Below are positions 52,986-64,000 of a stretch of DNA of 64,000 nucleotides, in pieces. A program made the position numbers and the translations under genes. Position 1 is the stretch's first letter; each line of letters opens with the position of its first letter. Location of the stretch: NCBI RefSeq assembly GCF_009914755.1, contig NC_060944.1. One strand, 5' to 3'. This DNA is from the human T2T-CHM13v2.0 reference genome, Homo sapiens. The notes below the pieces were generated by a model, which was not told the origin of the DNA, ran no database searches, and worked only from the letters and a program-made list of their open reading frames with translations.

Positions 52986-53974
52986 GCAAGCTAAGCTTTC
53001 TATTGAAAATATGTACCAGGATTTCAGCAGCATAGGAACAAAAAAGAATTTGTATTTAAAATAAAATGTAACCATCATCAAAAGAGCCCCTTTTAGCTTA
53101 GTAATGTCACTGATAGAGTTTTTGGCCAACTTGGTCCTGAAATCTGCAATTACAGGAAAATATGTAATCTTCGATAAAAATTTCTTTCACAAGTTATTCA
53201 GGTAGGCAAATTTTGTCTTGATGTATTTCTGAAAAAAATATTGGACCTCTTGAATTCAAGGTTTATACAGTGTTATTTTTTAGCAGTTTATTGAGTTCAT
53301 ACATATTTACTAAGTACATACAATTCAAGCCTTGTCCTCACCAGTAATGAGGCCAAAGAACAAGGCATAATGTTAAATTATCCTCTTCATTAAGACAACA
53401 AATAGCAAGGAAAGAATTAGGCATTCAACAATGTCAGAGATAAGTTTTATGCTCCTAATATTGAACTTTCTTTGAAATCATTTTCCAAAGCAAATCCATA
53501 AAATATGAGGTGACCGTGTTTCCTATTTGCAAACAATGCATAAAACATAAAGTAACAGGCACAATATTCACATTTTAAAAATGCAATTTGGAAAGTAGTG
53601 CTCCCTTGCTTGCTTTGAAACCAGCTGCCAGAGGATATGAATAACAAGATCAGAAAAATCCAATAAAGGCTAAGTGTGCTTGTGGGTAATTTTCCTTTCT
53701 TTTGGGGGCAGTTCTACTTAGATGAAGGACAGATACCTGAAACCAATGCATACATTTCACTGGAATATAAGCCAAAAAAATGGTCCTCCATTCAGAAATT
53801 CAATGTAATGAAATGTGAACTATTCAACTGAACGTTCAACAACACCTTATTGTGAAGGCCAGTGTTTCTACTAAATTAAGAGCAGAAATTCATAACTAGA
53901 AGTTAACACAAATGTCTTAGGAATAACTAAAATATGAAAAGTACCATCCATTATTAGGATCCATTAAACACTGA

Positions 53975-54275
53975 ATTATTAAACTGCTATTTATTGGATG
54001 CTTACCTTGTACCAGATACCATCTATAGGTGCTGGGGCACAAAAATGAGGAAGAAATGACACCCTGCTCTTAGTAAGCTTACATTCTAGCAGAAGATTCA
54101 GATAACAAACAAATAAACATGAAACTGTGGAATGTAATAAATGATACATTTATTACACTCATTCATTATGCATAATGATAGGAGGGGTTGAGTGGGGGCA
54201 ACATTAAATAGGGTGATTAGAAAATATCTGCATGAGATTGCACAAATATGACATGAGATTTGAAAGACTACGCTT
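53975..54275 (-). mobile_element. L2 fragment
   Basis: TATTTATTGGATGCTTACC..GGTGCTGGGGCAC..CCCTGCTCT..GCTTACATTCTAG. Confidence 0.65.
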
Positions 54276-54432
54276 GAAACCAATCTTTTATGTTATGTTT
54301 TTAATATTCTTCATGTGTTGTTTAACATTCTTTGTGGCGATTAAAGAATGAAGTCCAGCTTGTGTTGTTTTTCCCTACTTTTCTATCTCTATCATTAGTA
54401 TTATGCCTACCAAAAAAGGCTTTGGTATTTGT

Positions 54433-57400
54433 GGGGAAGATGGCAGATAGGAGGCAGGAATAGCATGCAGCTCCCACTTGGACAGACAGAGCAGTGTGTG
54501 GAACATCACGTCGCAAACTTTTGCTCCAAGAACTACCACAGGAACACACCAGGAATGCTGAGAGAATCCACAGACCCTTTGAAGGATCTGGATGGCCACT
54601 GCAGGCTCCCTGAGATGCTGAAAAACTGTGAGTCTGCTTGCTTTCTCAGTGGGGAGGTTGGTGTTCTGGAGCAATTTCTCAGCCCTGGTCACCAGCTGCC
54701 TGGAAGTAGACTGGGTGCTGTTGCAGAGGCCCAGTGGAAGTGAGACTGGCCTTTAGGATTGCAGGCCACATGGGAGAAGGTGAGGCCTGTGACTGCCAGC
54801 TTTTCCCTACTTCCCTGGCAACCTGTATGACTCAGCAGAGGCAACCATAATCCCCCTGGGAACATAACTCCATTGGCCTAAGAACAACACTCCCATCTGC
54901 CACAGCAGCTGCAGCAAACCTGTCCAAGGAGAAGCTGAGCTCAGACATGCCTATCCCTGCCCCAACCTGGTGGTCTTTCTACACCTGCCCTCGTTGCCAA
55001 AGACAAAGGATATAATCTCTTGGGAACTCTATGGCCCTGTCCACCACCTGAGAAACCTGAATACTTAACCAAGGGACCCTAGGGAAAGTTTGCTTCCTTC
55101 CTATAGTATGGCAGCTGATGCACTCTTGAAAGTGCCAACTCCTGGCTGGAGGCAACCAACATAAAACCAGTGCACTAAAGAAAAACACAACCAGGGACTC
55201 TCACAGAGTCCACTTCACTCCCCTGCTACCTCCACCAAAGCAGCTGCTGGTATGCATGGCTGAAATACCTGAAGACGCATCACATCACAGGACTCTGCAG
55301 ACACTCCCCAGTACTAGCCTGCAGTCTGGTAGCTCTGCAGGTGGCTAAACCCAGAAAAGCAAAAACAGTCACTGCAGTTTGGCTCTCAGGAAGCCCCATC
55401 TCTAGGGGAACAGGTAAAGCACCACATAAAGGGAGCACCCAATGGAACAAAAGAATCTGAACAGCAGCGCTTGAGTCCCAGATCTTCCCTCTAACATAGT
55501 CTACCAAAATGAGAATGAATCAGAAAAACAATTCTGTTAATATAACAAAACAAGGTTTTTTTTAATACTGCCAAAAGATCACAGCAGCTCACTAGCAATG
55601 GATCCAAACCAAGATGAAATCTCTAAATTGCCAGAAAAAGAATTCAGGTTGATTATTAAGCGAATCAAGGAGACACCAGAGAAAGGTGAAGTTCGACTTA
55701 AAGAAATTGAAAACATGATACAGGATATGAAAGAAAAAATCTTCAGTGAAATGGATAGCATAAATAAAAGGCAATCACAACTTCTGGAAATCAAAAACAC
55801 ACTTAGAGAAATGCAAAATGATGCACTGGTATGTCTCAGCAATACAATCAAACAAAAGAAGAAAGAAATTCAGAGCTCGAGGACAAGGCTTTTGAATTAA
55901 CCCAATCCATCAAAGACAAAGAAAAATAATTGTAAAAAAATTAACAAAGCCACCAAGAATTGTGGGACTATGTTAGGCATCCAAACCTGAGAATAATTGC
56001 TGTTCCCAAGGATAAAGAAAACTCTAAAAGTGTGGAAAACATAATTGAAGGAATAATTGAGGGAAATTTCCCTGGCCTTGCCAGAAACCTAGACATCCAA
56101 ATACAAGAAGCTTAAAGAACACCTGGGAAATTCATCACAAGAAGATTATAGTGTAGGAACATAGTGATCAGGATAGATAAGTCAAGATGAAGGAAAGAAT
56201 CTTAATAGCTTTAAGGCAAAAGCATCAGGTAACCAATAAAGGAAAACCTAGTAGATAAATAGCAGATTTCTCAGCAGAAGCTCTACAAGCTAGAACAGAT
56301 TGGAGTCTTATTTTTAGCCTCCTTAAACAAAACAATTATCAGCCAAGAATTTTGTATCTAGCAAAACTAAGCTTCATAAATGAAGGAGAGATAGTTTTTT
56401 CCAGACAAGCAAATCCTGAGAGAATTTGTTACTACTAAGTCAGCCCTACAAGAACTACTAAAAGGAGCTCTAAATCTTGAAACAAATCCAAAAAATACAC
56501 CAAAATAGAACCTTCTTAAAGCACAAATTCCATAGGACCTATATAACAATAACACAATGAAAAAAACCCAAGGTATTCAGAGAATAAATAGCATGATGAA
56601 TAGAATAGTACATCACATCTCAATATTAACATAGAATGTAAATGGCCTAAATGCTCCATTTAAAAGATACAGAATGACAGAATGGATAAGAAGTCACCAA
56701 CCAAGTTTCTGCTGTCTTCAAGAGACTTACCTAATACACAAGGACTCACATAAACTTAAGGTAAAGGGGTGGAAAAAGATACTCCATGCAAATGGACACC
56801 AAAAGTGAGCAGGAGTAGCTATTCTTATATCAGACAGACTTTAAAGCAATAGCTTAAAAAAAAAGACAAAGAAGGACATTATACAATGATAAAAGAACTA
56901 GTCCAACAGGAAAATATCACAATCCTAAATATATATGCACCTAACACTGGAGCTCCCAAATGTATAAAACAATTACTACTGGACTTAAGAATGAGATAGG
57001 CACCAACACAATAATAGTGGGGGACTGTGATACTCTAGTGACAGAACTAGACAGGTCATCAAGACAGAAAGTAAACAAAAAAACAATGGACCTAAACTGT
57101 ACCCTACAACAAATGAACTTAACAGATATAAACAACACATTCTACCCAACAACTTTGGAATATACATTCTATTCATCAACACATGGAATATTCAGATATT
57201 AACAAAACTTTCTACCCAACAACTGCAGAATATACATTCTATTCATCAGCTCATGGAATATTCTCCAAGATAGACCATATGATAGGCCACAAAACAAGTC
57301 TCAGCAAGTTTAAGAGAACTGAAATTATATCAAGTAGTCTCTCAGACCACAGCAGAATAACATTGGAAATCAACTCTGAAGCAAGCATTCAAAACCATGC

Positions 57401-59122
57401 AAATACATAGAAGTTAAATATCCTGCCCCTGAATGATCATTAGGTCAACAAAGAAATAAAGATGGAAATTGAAAAATTATTTGAACAGAATGATAATAGT
57501 GACACAACCTATCAAAACCTATGGGATACAGAAAGATGGTGCTAGGAGGAAAGTTCATAGCTTTAAATGCTTATGTTAAAAAGCCTGAAAGAGCACAAAT
57601 AGACAATCTAAGGTCACACCTCACAGAACGGGAGAAACAAGAACAAGAACAATCCAAACCCAAACCCAGTAGAAGAAAAGAAATAGTGAAGACTAGAGCA
57701 GAACTGAATGAAATTGAAACAAAAAAAAATACAAAAGATAAATGAAACAAAAAGCTGGTTCTTTGAAAAGATAAATAAAATTGATAGCCCATTAGTGAGA
57801 TTAACCAAGAAAAGAAGAGAGAAGATCCAAATAAGCTCAATTAGAAATGAAATGGGAGATATTACTACTAGTACAACAGAAATACAAAAGATCATTCAAG
57901 GCTACTATGAACACCTTTATGCACATAAACTAGAAAAGCTAGAGGAGATGGATAAATACCTGGAAATATATAACCCACCTAGATTAAACCAGGAAGATAT
58001 AGAAATTTGGAACAGACCAATAACAACCACTGAGATTGAAATGGTAATAAAAAAATATTGTCAACAGAAAAATGTTCAGAACCAGATGGATTCACGGCTG
58101 AATTCTATCAGACATTCAAAGAATTGGTCTTTGAATATGGACCTTGGAATATGGACAATATTCCACAGGATAGAAAAAGAGAAAATCCTCCCTAAATCAG
58201 TCTATGAAGCCAGCATCACCCTAATACCAAAACCTAGGAAGGGCATAACCAAAAAAAAAAAGGAAACTACAGACCAATATCCCTGATGAACATAGCTGCA
58301 AAAATCATCAACAAAATACTAGCTAACTGAATCCAACAGCATATCAAAAACATAATCCCCCCGATCAAGTGGGTTTCATACGAGGGATGCAGGGATGGTT
58401 TAACAACCACAAGTCAATAAATATGATACAGCACATAACAGAATTAAAAAATCATACGAGCATCTCAATAGATGCAGAAAAAGCACTTGACAAAATCCCT
58501 CCTCCTTTTATGATTAAACCCTCAGCAAGATCAGCATAGAAGAGACATATCTTGATGTAATAAAAGCCATCTATGACAAACCCACAGCCAATGTAATACT
58601 GAACAGGGAAAAGTTGAAAGCATTTCCCCTGAATACAAGACAAGGATTCTGATTCTTACCACTTCTATTCAACATAGTACTGGAAGTCCTAGCCAGAGAA
58701 ATCAGACAAGAGAAAGAAACAAAGGGCATCCAAATCAGTAAAGAGGAAGGCAAATTGTTGCTGTTTGCTGATGATACAATTGTACACCTAGAAAACCCTA
58801 AACACTCCCCCAAAAAGCTCCTAGAACTGGTAAATGAATTCAGCAATGTTTCAGGATACAAAATTAATGTACACAAATCAGTAGCTCTTCTATACACCAA
58901 CAGAGGACAAGCTGAGAATCAAATCAAAAATTCAACCCCTTTTACAATAGCTGCAAAAACAAACAAACAAACAAAAAACCCTTGGGAATATACCTAACCA
59001 AGGAGATGAAAGGTCTCTACAAGGAAAGCTACAATACACTGCTGAAAGAAATTATAGATGACACAAGGAAGTAGAAATACATCCCATGCTCATGGATGGT
59101 TAGAATCAATATTGTGAAAATG
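54433..59122 (+). mobile_element. L1PB-type element (L1PBa-like 5'UTR), 3'-truncated, with ORF1 (~55509) and ORF2 (~56593) pseudogenised
   Basis: GGGGAAGATGGCAGATAGGAGGCAGG 5' end; ORF1 remnant MDPNQDEISKLPEKEFR; ORF2 remnants (IIVGDCDT, LLFADD); stops abruptly at ATTGTGAAAATG with no 3'UTR or poly(A). Confidence 0.9.
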
Positions 59123-61554
59123 GTTTTACAGTTCCAAGTCTTACATTTAAGTTTTTAATCCATTTCCAGTTGATTTTTATATGGTTTGAGATAAGGGTCT
59201 AATTTCATTCTTCTGCATGTGAGTATCCACTTGTCCCAACACCATTTCTTAAAGAAACTGTGCCTTCGCCATTGAGTGTTTTTGGCATCTTTTTGTTAAA
59301 CCAGTTAAACATAAATGCATGGGTTTGTTTCTGTACTCCCAACTCTGTTCCATTGGTCTATGTGTCTGATTTTATGCTAGTACCATGCTGTTTGCTATTG
59401 CTGTGTAGAATATTTTGAAGTCAGACAGTATGGTATCTTCAGCTTTGTTCTTCCTGTTCAAGTTTGTTTGGGATAATTGGGGTCTTCTGTGGTACCATAC
59501 AAATTTTAAAATTGTTTTTTCTATTTCTGTGAGGAATACAAATTTTAAAATTGTTTTTTCTATTTCTGTGAGGAATATTAGTATTTTGCTAGGCATTGCA
59601 CTGGATTGCCCTGGGTAGTATAGACACTTTAATAATATTAGTTATTTTATCTATTCTGTGAACAGTTTTTCAGAATAGCTTCCCATTTATTTGTGTCTTC
59701 TTCAATTTCTTTCATCAATATTTTATAGTTTTCATTGTGTAGGTCTTTCATGTCTTAGGTAAATTTTATTCCTATTTTATTTAGTTTTGTAGTTATTGAA
59801 AATGATAGTGTTCATTTCTTTTTTTGGATAGTTCATTGTTACTGCACAAAAACTATACTGATTTTTATATTGATTTTCTATCTTGCAGCTTAACTGAATT
59901 TATTAGTTCTAATTGCTTTTTGCTGAAACCTTTATAATTTTACAAGTACAAATTTTAGTGTCTGAAAACAGGGATAATTTAATTTCTTCTTTTTTAATTT
60001 GGATATATTTTTCCTTCTTCCTGCTTAATTGCTCTGGCTAGAACTTCCAGTGCTATGTTTACTAGAAGTGATGAGAGTTGGCATCCATGTCTCATTTCTG
60101 ATCTTAAAGGAAGTTTTCGATTTTTCAGTGTTGAGTATGATGTTAGCTATAGGTTTGACATATATAGTATTTATTGTGTTGAAGTACATTCTTCATATAT
60201 CTGATTTTCTGTGATTCTTTTCATGAAAGTATGTATAATTTCATCAAATGTTTTTCCTCATTCACATTCTGTAAATGTGGTATATCACATTTATAGATTT
60301 GTGTACATTGAACCAATCTTGATTTCCTGGGTAAACCCAGATTTATCATGGTAAATAATCTTTTGAATGCACTGCTGAATTTGGTTTGCTAGTCTTTCGT
60401 TAAAGATTTTTGCTTCTATGTTCATCAGAGATATTGTAATTTTCTATTTTTGTATTATCCTTCTTTGGCTTTGGTATCAATCAGATTAATGCTGGCCCCA
60501 TAAAATGAGTTCGAAAGTAGAGTAATCCCTCTTCTTTAACTTTTTGAAAGAGTTTAAGAACAATTTTTACTATTTTTTCTTTAAATGTATGGTAGAATTC
60601 AGCAGTGAAGTCATCAGGTCCTGGACTTTTTGTTCATAGTAGATATTTTGTTACTGAATTAATCTCCTTACTTCTTATTAATCTGTTTATATATTCTGTT
60701 TCTTCATGCTTCGGTTTTGGTAGGTTGTATTTCTAGAAATTTATCCATTTTTCTAGGTTATACAGTTTGTTGGTGTATAATTGTTTATAGTAGTTTTTTA
60801 TAATCTTTTTTATTTCGTGATATTAGTTGTTATGTTTCCTTTTTCATTTTTGATTTTATTTTAGTTGTCTCCCTCTTTTAGTCTAGCTAAAGCTTTATTT
60901 TGTTTATCTTTTCAAAAAACTAAATCTTAGTTTTACTGAACTCTTCTCTCGGTTTTTTAGTCTCTATTTATTTTGTTTGTGCTCTGTTCTTTATTATTTC
61001 TTTTCTTATACTAACGTTAAGTTTGTTCTTATGTTTCTAGTTCCTTGAGGTGTAACATTAGATTGTTTATTTGAAATATTTCTTCTTTTTTGGTGTAGGT
61101 ATTTCAAACTATAAACTTTTTTCTTAGAAATGTTTTGGCTTCATCTTATAAGTTTCGGTATGTTATATGCTCATTTTTCCATTTCAAGATATTTTAATTT
61201 TTTCTTTGATCCATTGGTTGTTCAAAAGCAATTTAATTTCTATATATGTTTGAATTTCTAAATTTTTTTTATTATTGATTTCTAGTTTTATATCATTGTA
61301 GATGGAAAAGATGCCTGATATGATTTCAATCTTCTTAATTTTTTAAGATTTGTTTTGTGGCCTAACGTATGATGTAGCCTGAAGAATGTTCCACGTCAAC
61401 TTGAGAAGAACTCTGTTGCTGTTTTATCAAATATTATGTATATGTCTGTCATGTTTATTTGGTTTAAACTGTAGTTTAAGTCTTATGTTTCTTTACTGTT
61501 TTTCTTTCTGGATTATCTGTGCATTGCTGATGTGGAGCTTTGAAATCCTATGTT
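59123..61554 (-). mobile_element. Older L1M ORF2 segment, antisense, lacking its 3' end
   Basis: Continuous antisense ORF2 homology from the C-terminal region (TTCATTCTTCTGCATG) back to the endonuclease domain. Confidence 0.85.
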
Positions 61555-64000
61555 ATTATTATTTTAAATTTTTGTAGTTACATAGTAGGTGTATATATTT
61601 ATGGGATACATGAGATGTTTTGATACAGGCATGCAATGTGAAATAATCACATCATGAGGAATGGCATAATCATCTCTTAAGCATTTATCCTTTGTGTTGC
61701 AAACAATCCAATTGCACTATATTTTAAAATGTACAATTAAGTTATTATTGACTATAGTTACCCTACTGTGCTACTAAATTGTCGGTCTTATTCATCCTAA
61801 TATTTTTATACCCATTAATCATCCCCATCTCTACCTCCCCCACCACCCTCAGGTCCCCACTACCCTTCTCAGCCTCTGGTAACCATCCTTCTACTCTCTA
61901 TGTAGGGATACAGTAAGAGTGTTTCCTTTAGTATTTCTTGTAGGATAGGTCTGGTATTGATAAAAGTTCTGAGCTTTTGTTTGTCTGAGAAGTCTTTGTT
62001 TCTTCTTCATGTTTGAAGGATATTTTCACTGGATGGAATTTTCTAAGGTAATTTTTTTTTTCTTTTAAATATGTTATGCCACTCTCTCCTGGCCTGTAAG
62101 GTTTCCACTGAAAAGTCTGCTGCCAGACATATTGGAGCTCGATTGTATGTTATTTGTTTCTTTTCTCTTGCTTTTAGAATTTTGTTTTTTTCCTTGACCT
62201 TTGGGAGTTTGATTATTAAATGCCCTGAGGTAGTCTTCTTTGGGTTGAATCTGCTTGGTGTTCTATAATTTTCTTGTACTTGAAAATTGATATATTTCTC
62301 CAGGTTTCGGAAGTTATCTCTTATTATCACTTTGAATAAACTTTTTACCCCTATCTCTTTCTCTGCCTCCTCTTTAAGGCCAATAACTCTTAGATTTGCT
62401 CCTTTGAGGCTATTTTCTAGATCCTATAGGCTTGCTTCCTTTTAAAATTTTTTTTCTTTTGTCTCTCCTGACTGTGTATTTTCAAATTCTTTTCAAGCTC
62501 ACTAGTTTTGTTTTATATGCTTGATCAAGTCTGCTATTAAAGGACTCTGATGCATTCTTCAGTATGCTAATTGCATTTCTCAGTTGCAGAATTTCTGCTT
62601 GATTCTTTTTAATTATTTTAATCTCTTTGTTAAATTTATGTGAAAGAATTCTGAATTTTTTCTGTGTTATCTTGAATTTTTTTGAGTTTCCTCAACACAG
62701 CTATTTTGAATTCTTTGTCTGAAAGGTCACATATCTCTGTCTCCAGGATTGGTCGCTTGTGCCTTATTTAGTTCATTTGGTGAGGTTATGTTTTCCTGGA
62801 TAGTGTTGACACCAGTAGATGCTGGTGTCTAACTCTTTGGTGTCTCTTTGGTGTCTAAGCTCTTTGGTGTCTAAGCATTGAAGAGGCAGGTATTTATTGT
62901 AGTAATCACTGTATTGGCTTATGTGTAGCTATCCTTCTTGGGAAGCCTTTCCAGATATTTGAAAAAAACTTGGGTGTTGTGAACTAAGCTGAATCTACTT
63001 TAGCGGGCACCCCAAGCCCAGTAAATTGGTGGTTCTTCGGGACTTCTAGAGGTACTGCCTTGATGGTCTTAGACAAGATGCAGGAGAATTCTCTGGATTA
63101 CCAGGCAGAGATTCTTGTTCTCTTCTTTTACTTTCTCCCAAACATACAGAGTCTCTCTCTCTCTCTCTATTCTGAGCCACCTAAAGCTGGAGGTGGAGTG
63201 ACACAATCACCCTGGTGGCCATCACTACTATGACTTCACTGGGTCAGACCTAAAACCAGCGCAGCACTGGGTCTCACCCAAGGCCTACTATAACCACTCC
63301 CTGGTGACTGCCTATGTTCACTCAAGACCCTGGGGCTCTACAACCAGCAGGTGGCAAAGCCAGCCAGGCCTTTATCTTTCACTTCAGGAAGGAGAGGTCT
63401 CCCAGCCCTTGGGTGTATCCAGAAGTGCCATCTAGGAGTCAGGGGCTAGAGTCAAAAACCGCAGAATTGTACCTGGTATTCTACTGTACTGTGGCTGAGT
63501 TGACACTCAAAAGAGAAGATGTAGTCCTTCCCCTCTCCAAAGGCAGAGGAGCCTCATCCCACAGCCACTGCCAACCCAGGTCACTACTGCCAATATTCCC
63601 TTAAGATGCAATCTCTCTTCAATCAGTTTGTTGTGAATGCTGCTTGGCCTGGGATTCACCCTTCAGGGCAGTGGATTCTCCTCTGGTCCAGGTCAGGTCC
63701 AGAATGCCATCCAAGAGTCAAGTCCTGGAATAGCCAACCTCAAGATCCCATTTGGTGTTTTATCCCCCTGTGGCTGTGCTGGTACCTAAGGTGCAAGACA
63801 AAGTCTCCTTCACTTTTCCCTCTGCTTTTCCCAAGAAGAAGGAATTTTACCCTATAGCCACCACAGCTGATAATGTATTGAGTCTCATCTGAAACCAGCA
63901 AGTCTCAGAGGTGCACCTAAGACCCTCAGTGTAGTACCTGGGTATCACTGCTGGTTATTCGGGGCCCAAGGACTCTTCAGTTAGCAAGTGATGAAGGCTG
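61555..64000 (-). mobile_element. L1MA2/3-like (L1M1) element with its 3'UTR joined directly to ORF1 and the 5'UTR; runs off the right edge
   Basis: 3'UTR CATAGTAGGTGTATATATTTATGGG..GATACAGGCATGCAATG at 61570-61903; ORF1 remnant (..APICLAADFSVETLQARREWHNIF) at 62043-62330; L1M1-type 5'UTR beyond ~62800. Confidence 0.8.

Noticed and set aside
54433-61554. Single L1 with a twin-priming inversion
   Set aside because: The two segments overlap in ORF2 coordinates and differ in apparent age, and neither carries a poly(A) end at the junction.

Overview
This is primate, human-like genomic DNA: AT-rich, CpG-depleted and intergenic or deep-intronic in character. Well over half of it is recognisable interspersed repeat. 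I can support no host protein-coding exon, tRNA, rRNA or CRISPR array; the longest ORFs in the track are L1 remnants, and many others derive from Alu or LTR sequence. The main elements are: a full-length but dead L1PA5-like element (~10.9-17.06 kb) with an open antisense ORF0 and the ZNF93-target segment; a 5'-truncated L1PA2/3 inside a multi-layer LTR/L1 nest (5.0-7.3 kb); five Alus; about 18 solo LTRs (MST/THE1/MLT1, MLT2A with a perfect TSD, LTR16, MER31, MER67-like); MER5A and MADE1 DNA elements; L2/MIR/L1M relics; and a rearranged L1 cluster at 54.4-64 kb. I found no new multi-gene system. The best leads are a MADE1 hairpin with compensatory changes in the miR-548 seed region, an unidentified ~150-bp insert in a MER5A, a non-tandem duplication inside an old L1, a candidate PBX/HOX-MEIS-NF-Y enhancer, and L1-L1 deletion junctions. 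Subfamily names come from my recall of consensus sequences and need RepeatMasker/Dfam confirmation. Boundaries of old elements are approximate.
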